Positions 19,795 through 29,729 of a stretch of 64,000 nucleotides of DNA are shown here, piece by piece. The position numbers and the translations under genes were made by a program. The DNA lies in assembly GCA_038120095.1 (NCBI GenBank), contig JAYOKZ010000012.1, positions 541-64,540 of the forward strand. Reading direction: 5' to 3'. Under the pieces are notes generated by a model that saw nothing but the letters and a program-made list of their open reading frames with translations, made no database searches and was not told where the DNA came from. The stretch comes from Gemmatimonadales bacterium (GTDB lineage: Bacteria > Gemmatimonadota > Gemmatimonadetes > Longimicrobiales > Gaopeijiaceae). Position 1 is the stretch's first letter. The number at the start of each line of letters is the position of its first letter.

Positions 19795-20580
19795 TCATCG
19801 GCTCCCGGCCGAGAGGGTTGAAAGGGCGGGGCCGCTTGATTCACTGCGGATGACGACCTGCTCGGCGAAACGAAGATCGACTTCGGCAGGCGGACGGCCT
19901 GCGCGTTCCTGCATCGCGTGCCCGAGCGCCGACTCCCCTTCACGGATGCGGGAGCCGGTCGTGCGCATGGGCATGACGAAGTCCACGTCCGGGCTCGTAA
20001 GTCGGACGGCCACGACCCCCGGTGCATACCATCGAATCGTGGAGATCCGATGGGCAAAATCCTGGTGCGTAGCGGTGAGGTGCTCGACCTCGGCGGCAAG
20101 AGAACTGACCTCGTCGGGGAACACCACCGCATCATCGGGAAGGGACTGCCTCGAGCTGATGATCGGCAGATCGAGGCGATGGACTGTCGGATCCAGCGGG
20201 AGGCGAACCCCGTCGGCATCCAGAGCCTCGAGGAGCGGTGTCGCCGCCAGGGCAACCGGAATCCGCTCCTCCACCTGCACGAGCAGACCGTGCGGCACGC
20301 GGCGATGGATTTCGACGGAGCGGACGAGCGGGTCGGCCTCGATGCGCGCACGCCAGAGTTCCACATCTCCCCACACGGAGGCGAACGAGCCGAGGTCCAT
20401 CCGCTCGATGACGGCTTCCTCGGTCAGGACCTCGATTCCCGTCACGTTCACAGTCTGGACCGCGAACATGTCGAGCCCCCGCACCGCCTCGAGCATCCCC
20501 GGCCCCCAATACACGAGTGGCCCCAAGGCCGCTGTGAGGACCATCACCCGGAGTTGACGCTTCATCGTCGGGCTACGCAT
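19795..20580 (-). CDS. ftsQ: Cell division protein FtsQ (POTRA domain)
   Basis: N-terminal TM (VMVLTAALGPLVYWG), then a POTRA-like FAVQTVNVTGIEVLTEEAV. Its position between murC and ftsA fits. ATG at 20580 has an upstream GGGGAG. An alternative ATG lies at 20565. Confidence 0.75.
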   Translation of the reverse strand: MRSPTMKRQLRVMVLTAALGPLVYWGPGMLEAVRGLDMFAVQTVNVTGIEVLTEEAVIERMDLGSFASVWGDVELWRARIEADPLVRSVEIHRRVPHGLLVQVEERIPVALAATPLLEALDADGVRLPLDPTVHRLDLPIISSRQSLPDDAVVFPDEVSSLAAEVEHLTATHQDFAHRISTIRWYAPGVVAVRLTSPDVDFVMPMRTTGSRIREGESALGHAMQERAGRPPAEVDLRFAEQVVIRSESSGPALSTLSAGSR

Positions 20581-21985
20581 GGACAGGCTCCCCACGTAGA
20601 GCCTCGAGAAGCATGACCCCCGTGCGATCGATCGAGCCGGCTCCCAGCGTGAGAATCACATCACCGGGCCGCGTCTCGGCCGCCACTTCGGCCGCCACCG
20701 AGTCGAGGTCGGCAACATAGCGCACACCCGCAGCTCCGGCGCTGGTTGCCGCAGCGACGAGCGTCTGACCATCGACCCCGGGGATCGGCGCTTCACGTGC
20801 AGGATAAATGTCCGTGAGCCACACCTGGTCAGCCATCGACAGTGACGCTCCAAATCCACGAGCGAAGTCCCGCGTTCGGGAGTAGAGGTGCGGTTGGAAG
20901 ACTGCGATCAGCCGTCGACCCGGATACATGTCGCGGGCGGCTCGGAGCGCAGCGGTCAGCTCGGTCGGGTGGTGCGCGTAGTCGTCGATCACGACGGCAC
21001 CGCCGGCCTCGCCCAGTAGCTGAAGTCGACGTCCGACACCACGGAATCCCGCGAGCGCTCGGAGGATCTCGTCCCACTGTGCACCCATGGCCCGAGCCGC
21101 AGCCGACGCAGCCAGAGCGTTCAGCAGGTTGTGGCGACCACCCATCGGCAAGCTGAGTTCGCCAGCGTCGGTGCCCTCTTCCCACACCCTTGCGTGGGTC
21201 ACTCCTTGCCGGACCGTCACATCGGTCGCACGAAGCATCGACCCTGCAGATGTCCCGTACGTATAGCCTCCGGGTCCGATGGCCGGCAGAAGAGACGAGG
21301 CCCCGTGATCGTCGCCGCAGACAACGACCCGGCCGCCACCTCGGACCCCGGCCAGAAACTCGAGAAACCCCTGACGAACTCCATCCAGGTCACCGTAGAT
21401 GTCGAGGTGATCGGCTTCGAGGTTGGTGATGACCGCGACATCGGGCGACAACGTGAGGAAGGAGCGGTCGTACTCGTCCGCCTCGACGACGAACGTCTCC
21501 CCTGCTCCGTACCGGAGATTGCCACCCCACTCGGTCACCCGACCACCCACGAGCCCGGTCGGATCCAGTCCTGCCTCGGCAAGGATCCCCGTCGTCATCG
21601 CGGTCGTCGTCGTCTTGCCGTGCGTACCCGCAATGCCGACGACCCGACCACGTGCCACCCAGGTGCCCAGCGCTTCGGACCTCTTCATCACGGTGACACC
21701 TGCGCGCCTTGCGGCGAGAACCTCCGGATGATCCATGGAAACGGCAGCAGTGACGACGAGTGCGGCGGCACCCTCGACATGGTTCTCATCGTGCCCGACC
21801 GACACCGTGGCACCCAATTCCGCGAGGGCTTTGAGGGCCTGACTGCTCGAGGAGTCACACCCCGTCACACGTCCCCCGCTGCGAAGCACGAGTTCGGCGA
21901 GCGGATACATACCCGCACCACCCACGCCCATGAAGTGGACAGGGCGTTCAGCCGAGAGCGCCCGGAGATCCACGCGCACCCTCAT
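20573..21985 (-). CDS. murC: UDP-N-acetylmuramate--L-alanine ligase
   Basis: 470 aa. VHFMGVGGAGM N-terminus and Mur ligase P-loop GTHGKTTTT. ATGA overlap with murG. Confidence 0.93.
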   Translation of the reverse strand: MRVRVDLRALSAERPVHFMGVGGAGMYPLAELVLRSGGRVTGCDSSSSQALKALAELGATVSVGHDENHVEGAAALVVTAAVSMDHPEVLAARRAGVTVMKRSEALGTWVARGRVVGIAGTHGKTTTTAMTTGILAEAGLDPTGLVGGRVTEWGGNLRYGAGETFVVEADEYDRSFLTLSPDVAVITNLEADHLDIYGDLDGVRQGFLEFLAGVRGGGRVVVCGDDHGASSLLPAIGPGGYTYGTSAGSMLRATDVTVRQGVTHARVWEEGTDAGELSLPMGGRHNLLNALAASAAARAMGAQWDEILRALAGFRGVGRRLQLLGEAGGAVVIDDYAHHPTELTAALRAARDMYPGRRLIAVFQPHLYSRTRDFARGFGASLSMADQVWLTDIYPAREAPIPGVDGQTLVAAATSAGAAGVRYVADLDSVAAEVAAETRPGDVILTLGAGSIDRTGVMLLEALRGEPVHA

Positions 21986-23139
21986 GCGGCGCGCCTCACG
22001 TCGGGCAGCAGTGTCGCGATATCCGCAGCGATCTCCCTGGTCGCGAGCGGGCGCGCGCGCTCCGAGGCACGGGCGCTCATGGTCGCGAGCAGCTCGACAT
22101 CTCCGGTCACGGAAGCGATCACCCGAGCCAGTCGCGATGGGGTGAGTTCATTCTGCGGAATGACACGTGCGGCACCCGCGGCCTCGAGCGCCCTGGCATT
22201 GTGCATCTGGTGGTTCTCCGCCGCGGTCGGCAGCGGTACCAGGATCGCTGGAAGGCCCTGATTCATGAGTTCCGCCGTCGTCATCGCACCGGCACGCGTC
22301 AGGGCGAGATCCGAAGCGGCGAGCGCAGCCGGAATGTCCTCGATGTAAGGCAGAAGATGAATCCACTCGGGCGACCCAACGCGCTCCAACGCGTCTCGCA
22401 CGCCGGAGAAGTGTTTTCTCCCGGTCGACCAGAGGAGGTGGAGAACCGCCGGTCGCTCAAGGGCGCCCCGGGCAACCTCGCTTACGTAAGCAGTCAATCC
22501 TTGGTTCAGCGCCAGCGAGCCCTGGCTGCCTCCGCTCACGAACGTCAGGGTCACCTCGTCCGGAACGCCGAACGCGCGTCGAGCCTCAGTCCGCGGCGCC
22601 GACGAACGCGACCGGACCGGATTGCCGCTGACAACGCAATGCGGTCCGCCAAGCGGTAGCCGGCCGATCGCCTCCGGATACGCCACATGGACACGCGCCG
22701 CGAAGCGCGTCAGAAGGCGCGTCACCGCTCCGGGTACGGAATTCTGCTCCTGCAGCACCAGGGGTACGCCCATCAATCCAGCCATGATTCCCGCGGCCGC
22801 ACCCGCGTACCCCCCGGTGACGACGACAACAGCCGGACGCAGGCGAAGGAACAACTGCGCGACCCGCACAAGCCCCCCGGTGAGCCCGCCCACGGCACGC
22901 AGCACGCTCCCCGGGCGGCTGCGGTCAATCCCCGAGACCTGGAGAAGGAGATGGTCCTCCGAGCGCTCCGGAAGAACGCGAGCCTCGATCCCGCGACGGG
23001 CACCCACGAAGAAGACCCGCACGTCCGGGCGGACCCTGCGAATTTCATCGGCGATCGCAATCGCCGGATAGAGGTGTCCACCCGTCCCCCCACCGGACAC
23101 CACGACCACCTCTCCACCCGTGCCTCGCGTATCAGACAT
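21982..23139 (-). CDS. murG: UDP-N-acetylglucosamine--N-acetylmuramyl-(pentapeptide) pyrophosphoryl-undecaprenol GlcNAc transferase
   Basis: GGGTGGHLYPAIAIA motif. Start set to ATG at 23137-23139 (MSDTRG...). Confidence 0.93.
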   Translation of the reverse strand: MSDTRGTGGEVVVVSGGGTGGHLYPAIAIADEIRRVRPDVRVFFVGARRGIEARVLPERSEDHLLLQVSGIDRSRPGSVLRAVGGLTGGLVRVAQLFLRLRPAVVVVTGGYAGAAAGIMAGLMGVPLVLQEQNSVPGAVTRLLTRFAARVHVAYPEAIGRLPLGGPHCVVSGNPVRSRSSAPRTEARRAFGVPDEVTLTFVSGGSQGSLALNQGLTAYVSEVARGALERPAVLHLLWSTGRKHFSGVRDALERVGSPEWIHLLPYIEDIPAALAASDLALTRAGAMTTAELMNQGLPAILVPLPTAAENHQMHNARALEAAGAARVIPQNELTPSRLARVIASVTGDVELLATMSARASERARPLATREIAADIATLLPDVRRAA

Positions 23140-24310
23140 GGGCGGCCTTCCCACCCGGACCAGCACGGGCCACCGACATCAGAATCCCCAGCGCGATCAG
23201 CGTAATGATCAGGTTCGACCGGCCGTACGACATGAGCGGAAGGGCCAGGCCGGTCGCAGGCGCGAGGGCCAGACCAACGGCCATGTGCAACCCCGCCTGA
23301 AGTGCGATGAGACTCGTACAACCGACCGCAAGGAGCTCGCCGAACAGGTCCGGGGCACGGCTCGCGATTCGGAATCCGACAAGAACGAGGGCCGCGTAGA
23401 CCACCACGACCAGTCCGATACCGATGAAACCCCACTCCTCACCGATCATGGCGAAGATGAAATCGTTGTGAGCTTCCGGCAGAAAGCCGTGCTTCTGCTG
23501 GCCCTCGCCGAAACCGACGCCGCGAATGCCCCCGGATCCAAACCCGATCAGGGACTGCTTGACCTGATATCCCGCTCCTGCCGGATCGGCCAGCTGACCG
23601 ACGAACACCTCGACACGCTCCCATCGGTAGGGCGCGCGAAGAAGGAGGTAGAGCACCGGGGTCGCGAGGGCACCGAGGAATGCGAAGTGCGCGACTCTCG
23701 CACCCGCAGAGAAGACGATGATGACGCCCAGAGTGGCCACGACAAGCGCAGTCGACAGGTCGGGGGCGAGCGTCACGAGACCGATGATGACGCCCCACAC
23801 GGCGAGGAACGGGCCCAGCCCCCGCCGAAGCGACTGGAAGTGAGGCACTTTGCGGACCGCCATCGCGGACGACCACACGATGATCGCAATCTTGGCGATC
23901 TCCGAAGGCTGGATCGTGACCCCGACGCGCAACCAACGGCGGGCGCCGTTGATCTCGGGCGCGATCCCATGGGTCCACGGCAGTACGCACAGCGTGAGCA
24001 TCGCCGCACTCAGGACTACGAGCGGCCAAGCCAGCTGCCCCCAGTATCGGTAGGGCATCCAAGCGCAGAACACGAGCAGCGCGAGCCCCAGAATGGCTCC
24101 AGCTCCCTGCCGAGCGACATAAAACGTGTCGGCGACCCCCTGACTCAGGGCGAAGACCGACGACGCGCTGTACAACGTGACGAGACCAAACGAGAGCACG
24201 ACGAGCGTGAGTCCCATGACGGCCGCAGCCTCCCAGCCCCGGCCGAGGCCGGAATCCGGCAGCCGGGCCGGCCCAAGGGGCGCGACATCCACGGGCCGCG
24301 CCATCCTCAT
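23132..24310 (-). CDS. ftsW: SEDS family peptidoglycan polymerase / lipid II-associated division protein FtsW
   Basis: 392 aa and polytopic. SEDS-like motifs IQPSEIAKIA and LPEAHNDFIFA. ATGA overlap with murD. Confidence 0.9.
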   Translation of the reverse strand: MRMARPVDVAPLGPARLPDSGLGRGWEAAAVMGLTLVVLSFGLVTLYSASSVFALSQGVADTFYVARQGAGAILGLALLVFCAWMPYRYWGQLAWPLVVLSAAMLTLCVLPWTHGIAPEINGARRWLRVGVTIQPSEIAKIAIIVWSSAMAVRKVPHFQSLRRGLGPFLAVWGVIIGLVTLAPDLSTALVVATLGVIIVFSAGARVAHFAFLGALATPVLYLLLRAPYRWERVEVFVGQLADPAGAGYQVKQSLIGFGSGGIRGVGFGEGQQKHGFLPEAHNDFIFAMIGEEWGFIGIGLVVVVYAALVLVGFRIASRAPDLFGELLAVGCTSLIALQAGLHMAVGLALAPATGLALPLMSYGRSNLIITLIALGILMSVARAGPGGKAAHV

Positions 24311-25716
24311 GCAGCCGCCTGAGCGAGGCGGGTGAAGTGCCGACCACGATGCTCGTAGCTGTCGTACATATCGAAGCTCGAGCAGGCCGGCGAGAGCAGC
24401 ACCGCGTCACCCACGCGCGCAACAGCACGTGCACGCTCGACCACCTTGTCGAGCGTTCCGGTCACGAGATGGATGGACGGAGTGGGGCGAGACGACTCAA
24501 GCGTCTCGATCGAGTCGGCCACCGGCACTCCGATCGCTGAGCTCAACTCGTGTGCGGCACGCGATCCTGCAGCTCCATATGCGATGACGATGCGGGAATA
24601 CTCCGTGACGGCTGCAGCGAGCTGACCGAAGTCCTCCCCCTTGTCTTTCCCTCCGACCAGCAGGATCACGGGTCGATCCAGACTGGTCAGTGCACTCAGA
24701 GTTGCGGCGACGTTGGTCGCCTTCGAGTCATTGATCCACAGGACGCCATCGAACTCGCCGACTGCTTCCATGCGATGGGGCAACGCCCTCGCCGATCCGA
24801 GTCCCGCCGAGATGCCTCCCGTCCCGGCGCCGGCCAGGCGAGCCACGAGCGCCGCGGCCAGCGCGTTCTTCACGTTGTGCGCGCCAAGCAGAGGGAGATC
24901 CGTGCGGGGCAGCAGCGGTTCGATTTCTCCGCGGAGCCGAAGAATCAATTCCCCGTCCGAGACGAAGGCGCTGGACTCGTCTCCATCTCCAAAAAAGAAG
25001 CGCCGACCCGGCGCATCCCCGGCGAGTCGCGCCACCGAGTCATCTGCCGCCGGAAGGACCCAGAGACTCTGGTCCGTGGCGTGATCAAAGAGCCGCGCCT
25101 TGTCCGCATAGTAGGCTTCGACAGACGCGTAGCGGTCCAGATGGTCGGGAGAGAGATTCGTCACCACCCCGATATCCGGGCGAAATGTCTTCACCCCGGC
25201 GAGCTGGAATGAGCTCATCTCGAGCACGATCCAGTCCGGCGGGTCTTCACGGCGCGCGAGGTCCGACGCCGCGGGAGCCAGCCCTCCCCCGACATTCCCG
25301 CCAGCTGCGGAGCGTAGGCCTGACGCGTGCAGCAGGTGATCCACCAGAAGCGTCGTCGTGGTTTTGCCATTGGTACCGGTGATCCCGATCAGTGAACCAT
25401 CGAAGAACCGGCAGGCGAACTCGGGCTCCGAGATCCAACTGACTCCTCGTTCCACGAGTTCTCGCAGCACTGGAGCGTTGGGCGAGATACCGGGGCTGGC
25501 GACGACGAGGTCGGCAGCGACCATCCGATCGATGTCGTGTCGTCCCAGCTCGACTTCGACCTGGTCTCCGAGGTGGGCTCCACGAGCTGCAACTGCATCA
25601 TCCGTGCGCGAATCCGAGACATAGACGTCTCCTCCCTTTTCAACAGCCAATCGTGCGGCGGCGACTCCGCTCGCACCGAGGCCGATGACAGCCACATTCA
25701 TTCCATGCAAATCCAT
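24307..25716 (-). CDS. murD: UDP-N-acetylmuramoylalanine--D-glutamate ligase
   Basis: VAVIGLGASGVAAARL Rossmann N-terminus and GTNGKTTTT P-loop. Start set to ATG at 25714-25716 (MDLHGMNV). The track extension would overlap mraY. Confidence 0.92.
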   Translation of the reverse strand: MDLHGMNVAVIGLGASGVAAARLAVEKGGDVYVSDSRTDDAVAARGAHLGDQVEVELGRHDIDRMVAADLVVASPGISPNAPVLRELVERGVSWISEPEFACRFFDGSLIGITGTNGKTTTTLLVDHLLHASGLRSAAGGNVGGGLAPAASDLARREDPPDWIVLEMSSFQLAGVKTFRPDIGVVTNLSPDHLDRYASVEAYYADKARLFDHATDQSLWVLPAADDSVARLAGDAPGRRFFFGDGDESSAFVSDGELILRLRGEIEPLLPRTDLPLLGAHNVKNALAAALVARLAGAGTGGISAGLGSARALPHRMEAVGEFDGVLWINDSKATNVAATLSALTSLDRPVILLVGGKDKGEDFGQLAAAVTEYSRIVIAYGAAGSRAAHELSSAIGVPVADSIETLESSRPTPSIHLVTGTLDKVVERARAVARVGDAVLLSPACSSFDMYDSYEHRGRHFTRLAQAAA

Positions 25717-25756
25717 CAGGCCACATCCCCGAAACGCACGTCCGCACCATAGCCGC

Positions 25757-26863
25757 TCACCGGATCTTGAGTGTGCTGAACGCGACCATCGCGAACAGAA
25801 CGCCGACGATCCAGAAGCGGATGACGACCGTGGTTTCGGACCATCCGAGCTTCTCGAAGTGGTGGTGGATGGGGGCCATCCTGAAGACACGCCTCCCCTC
25901 TCCGAAGCGCCGCTTCGTGTACTTGAACCATCCCTTCTGCACGATCACCGACAGCGTTTCGAGGACGAAGACGCCGCCGACGATGACGAGGAGGAATTCG
26001 GCCTTCAGGAGGATCGCCATGACGCCCAGCGCGCCTCCCATGCCCAGCGATCCGGTGTCGCCCATGAACACGTCGGCCGGGTACGAGTTGAACCAGAGAA
26101 AGCCCAACGCCCCACCAGCCAGTGCGAGGGCGAAAATCGTCAGTTCTCCGGCGCCCGGCAGATAGAAGAAGCCGAGGTATTGAGAGGTATCGACTCGGCC
26201 TGCGATGTAGGCAAAGATCCCCAGTGTCGCAGCAGCGATCGCGGTGAGCCCGGCCGCAAGGCCATCAAGGCCGTCGGTCAGATTCACCGCGTTGGACGAC
26301 CCCGACACGACCACGCCGGTGAAGACGATGAAGACCGGCACCGAGAAGACAGCGGCGACGTCGGCGAAGAATGGGACCGTCGTCCATGTCGTCGGGTGAT
26401 CTGAGATCGGGTGCCAGATCAGGAACGCGCCGAGCGCCAGCCCGAACGTCCACTGCCCCACCATCTTGTACCGAGCGACGAGGCCGGTCGTCTTGCCCTG
26501 AACGACCTTCAGATAGTCGTCGAGAAAGCCGATCGCGCCCATCCATAGAAGCGATACGAGCGCCAGGACGGTGTAGGGGTTATCCAGGCGTGCCCACAGG
26601 AGTGTCGAGACGGTCGTCGCGAGAATGATGATGATCCCACCCATGGTGGGGGTCCCCGACTTGGCCAGGTGCGTCTCAGGTCCAACATCGCGCACGACCT
26701 GACCTACGTTCGCGCGCTGCAGGCGACGAATCACCATGGGTCCGAGGGCGAAGGCGATCACGAGGGCCGTGACCACTGCTCCTGCGGTTCGAAACGATAT
26801 GTAGACAAATACGTTCAGCGGGGAAAAGACGTCGGTCAGTCCGGGCAGCAGGTGGGCGAGCAT
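25757..26863 (-). CDS. mraY: Phospho-N-acetylmuramoyl-pentapeptide transferase
   Basis: 368 aa and polytopic, with the motifs NAVNLTDGLDGLA and VFMGDTGSL. Confidence 0.95.
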   Translation of the reverse strand: MLAHLLPGLTDVFSPLNVFVYISFRTAGAVVTALVIAFALGPMVIRRLQRANVGQVVRDVGPETHLAKSGTPTMGGIIIILATTVSTLLWARLDNPYTVLALVSLLWMGAIGFLDDYLKVVQGKTTGLVARYKMVGQWTFGLALGAFLIWHPISDHPTTWTTVPFFADVAAVFSVPVFIVFTGVVVSGSSNAVNLTDGLDGLAAGLTAIAAATLGIFAYIAGRVDTSQYLGFFYLPGAGELTIFALALAGGALGFLWFNSYPADVFMGDTGSLGMGGALGVMAILLKAEFLLVIVGGVFVLETLSVIVQKGWFKYTKRRFGEGRRVFRMAPIHHHFEKLGWSETTVVIRFWIVGVLFAMVAFSTLKIR

Positions 26864-28254
26864 CAGGCTTCCATCCCATCGACCGGTGAGCCAAAATCGG
26901 CCTCCAGGCGGGTCAGAAGGTTCTCGAGCGCAATCCCCCGCGAAGCCTTCAGCAGGATGATTTCCCGTCCATCGAGTCGCTCCAGAAGACTCGGGTACGC
27001 ACTCTGCCAGTCTGCACCGACGATGAGGCGCTCGTCTCGAAGACCGGCATCCAGGGCCGCATCCGCGAAGGCTCCCGTCGCCACGATGACATCGATGTTC
27101 CGGTCGACCGTCTCCCGAAGCACTCGGGCGTGCAATTCAGCCGTCGCATCTCCGAGTTCGAGCATCGATCCCAGCACTGCGACCTTGCGTCCAATGACCG
27201 CCTGATCCTCGAGGACGTCGAGTGAGGCCCGTACGCTTTGAGGATTCGCGTTGTAGCAGTCGACGATCAGGGTCAAGTCCCCGATGCGCTGGAATTCTCC
27301 CCTCATCGAACCCATTCGAGCCGAGCCAAGCCCACGAATCGCCTCGCGGTCGGGGACGTTGAGAATGTCCGCCACCGTCAGGGCGAGGAGAGCGTTTGAC
27401 ACCGCATGGCGACCGACCATCGGCGCCGTGACCCGCTGACCTCGCCAGTCAAAGCTGTACCGCCCGAACACGTCGACCTCTGCATTCCGAGGCCGTGCAT
27501 CTGCGTCCGAGCGCTCACTCCATCCGACGATTTTCACCTGAGAGCAGATCGCCCCGGCTCGCTCTGCCAGCCGCGGAGGTTCGTCACCGACGATGCAACG
27601 ACCGCCGTCGACCATCCCACGGAGAATGTCGAGCTTTTCCGACAGCACTCCCTCGAGCGAGCCCAGTTTCTCGAGGTGGCTTTCGCCGACCGTCGTGATC
27701 ACCGCAACATCGGGCTTCGCGATCTGGACAAGCGCCCGAATTTCTCCGGGCTCATTCGTACCGAGCTCGAGAACCACCGCCTCCACCTGCTCGGGAGTCT
27801 GGAGCAGCGTGAGGGGCATCCCGATTCGATTATTCAGGTTCCCGGCCGTCGCGTGTACTCGGTACGTCTCGCTCAGCGCCGCGGCTGTCATATCCTTCGT
27901 AGTAGTCTTACCGGACGAACCCGTAATCGCGACGACCGGCGCGACAATCTGCTGACGACGCCACGCGGCCAGACGGCCGAGTGCTACGAGAGTGTCGGAG
28001 ACCGGGTAGAGTCGACCTTCCGGGTCACCCGCGGCCGGGCGCGATACCACCGCCCCCCCTGCCCCCCTCGAGAAGGCTTCGGCTACGAAATCATGACCGT
28101 CGAAGCGTTCCCCGACGAGGGCCACATACAGGTCACCTTTCACGATGGACCGGGAGTCCGTGGAAACACCCGAGTACTCCACGTCCGGCAGAGTCAGATC
28201 GGCTCGCATGCCGAGAGCCTGCCGAACGGAAGCGTCATTCCACAGGAAGGCCAT
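26863..28254 (-). CDS. murF: UDP-N-acetylmuramoyl-tripeptide--D-alanyl-D-alanine ligase
   Basis: 463 aa. Mur ligase P-loop ITGSSGKTTTKDM. Position between murE and mraY fits. Confidence 0.9.
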   Translation of the reverse strand: MAFLWNDASVRQALGMRADLTLPDVEYSGVSTDSRSIVKGDLYVALVGERFDGHDFVAEAFSRGAGGAVVSRPAAGDPEGRLYPVSDTLVALGRLAAWRRQQIVAPVVAITGSSGKTTTKDMTAAALSETYRVHATAGNLNNRIGMPLTLLQTPEQVEAVVLELGTNEPGEIRALVQIAKPDVAVITTVGESHLEKLGSLEGVLSEKLDILRGMVDGGRCIVGDEPPRLAERAGAICSQVKIVGWSERSDADARPRNAEVDVFGRYSFDWRGQRVTAPMVGRHAVSNALLALTVADILNVPDREAIRGLGSARMGSMRGEFQRIGDLTLIVDCYNANPQSVRASLDVLEDQAVIGRKVAVLGSMLELGDATAELHARVLRETVDRNIDVIVATGAFADAALDAGLRDERLIVGADWQSAYPSLLERLDGREIILLKASRGIALENLLTRLEADFGSPVDGMEA

Positions 28255-29729
28255 CAGAGAATCCCGAGCTCACGCAGCGTGTCACGGGCGATGCCGGCTT
28301 CGTCGAACGGCCGTTTCTCGGAACCGATGACCTGGTAGGTCTCGTGCCCTTTCCCAGCGAGCACGACCGTGTCACCGGGTCGCGCCGCCTCCAATGCCGC
28401 GCGGATCGCAGCACGCCGGTCCGTCAGGCGGATGAACTCCATCGAGCCCATGCCCTCCACGAGATCCTCGATGATCGAGTCGGGATCCTCACTTCGAGGG
28501 TTATCGGAGGTCAGAACGGCGACATCGGCCATCCTTGCAACGGCCTCCGCCATGGGCTTGCGCTTGCTGCGGTCCCGGTCCCCGCCCGCCCCGAACAGGA
28601 CGATCAGTCGGCCCGGAGTCAGCGGTCGGAGCGCACCCAAGGCTCCCTCCAACGCCGCAGGCGTGTGCGCGAAATCGATCAGAACCGCGAATGGCTCGGT
28701 CACGACCGCCTCGAGACGGCCCTTCACTTGCGGAGCGGTGCCAAGTCGGGCCGCTACGACCGAGGGTGCAACCCCCAGAGCCACCGCAGCCGAGGCAGCC
28801 GCGAGAGCGTTCTCCACGTTGTACCGTCCCACGAGGGGAAGCTCCACAGCGAATGCCTCGCCGGGAGTCACGAGGGTGAAGGAACTGCCCGCCGCGCCAA
28901 GGCGAATTTCGCGCGCGTACATGTCGGCGGATCCCTCGAGCGAGTACGTCGTGACGCGACGCCCGCCAGCTTCGAGACCTTTCCATGCCTCGGCATCGGC
29001 ATTCACCACGATCGTACCATCGGGTGAGACCAGTTCCACCAGCCCCAGTTTTGCCGCTCCATAGGCGGCCAGGTCACCGTGGTAGTCGAGGTGGTCCCGC
29101 GACAGGTTGGTGAAGACCGCAACCTGAAAATCAACTCCATCCAGCCGATGCTGGTGCAGCGCGTGCGAGGAGGCCTCGAGCACCACCGTATCGCACCCCT
29201 TGTCGGCCAGGTCGCGCAGCCAAAGCGTGATCTGCACCGGGCCGGGGGTGGTGAGGCCCACGGTTCCCGGACGAATACCATCGGGGTCCCGCAGACCGAG
29301 CGTACCGATCACGGCCGCCACCCGCTCCGGGGAGACAAGGTGCTGAATGAGCATCGACGTGGTGGTCTTCCCATTCGTTCCGGTCACACCCACGACCGCC
29401 ATGGCTGCGCTCGGAAAGCCGAGCACTGCATTCGCGGCCAGTGGTGCGGCACGGCGGCCATCTCGGACCACCAGCTGGGGGACAGCGGCATCGACCGGGC
29501 GCTCCACCATCAACGCCGACGCACCCCGCTCCAGGGCTTGCTCCACGTGATCGTGCGCGTCGAAGTGCAGGCCCTTCCAGGCCAGGAAGAGTTCATTCGC
29601 CCCGATGGTCCGCGAATCCTGAGAGACACCCCGAATGACGAGATCCTCCGACCCGCGGACCTCGGTCAGGAGGCCAGCAGCCCGGAGGACGTCTTCCACC
29701 GCACGCAGAGTGGCATACGACTCAGTCAT
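28254..29729 (-). CDS. murE: UDP-N-acetylmuramoyl-L-alanyl-D-glutamate--2,6-diaminopimelate ligase
   Basis: GVTGTNGKTTT P-loop. A DNPR motif (LTSDNPRSEDP) is typical of meso-DAP-adding MurE. Start set to ATG at 29727-29729 (MTESYATL). Confidence 0.92.
   Translation of the reverse strand: MTESYATLRAVEDVLRAAGLLTEVRGSEDLVIRGVSQDSRTIGANELFLAWKGLHFDAHDHVEQALERGASALMVERPVDAAVPQLVVRDGRRAAPLAANAVLGFPSAAMAVVGVTGTNGKTTTSMLIQHLVSPERVAAVIGTLGLRDPDGIRPGTVGLTTPGPVQITLWLRDLADKGCDTVVLEASSHALHQHRLDGVDFQVAVFTNLSRDHLDYHGDLAAYGAAKLGLVELVSPDGTIVVNADAEAWKGLEAGGRRVTTYSLEGSADMYAREIRLGAAGSSFTLVTPGEAFAVELPLVGRYNVENALAAASAAVALGVAPSVVAARLGTAPQVKGRLEAVVTEPFAVLIDFAHTPAALEGALGALRPLTPGRLIVLFGAGGDRDRSKRKPMAEAVARMADVAVLTSDNPRSEDPDSIIEDLVEGMGSMEFIRLTDRRAAIRAALEAARPGDTVVLAGKGHETYQVIGSEKRPFDEAGIARDTLRELGIL

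Noticed and set aside
19794-20366. The 190-aa N-terminal extension of the 600-aa FtsA track ORF. Similar extensions occur on murD (25717-25890), ftsL (31968-32135), the S9 peptidase (51527-51844), the SSS transporter (48476-48595), cytochrome c (42404-42604) and others.
   Set aside because: The extensions are Arg/Ser/Pro-rich, overlap well-supported upstream genes in other frames, and are an expected high-GC artefact. Internal ATG/GTG starts give canonical N-termini.
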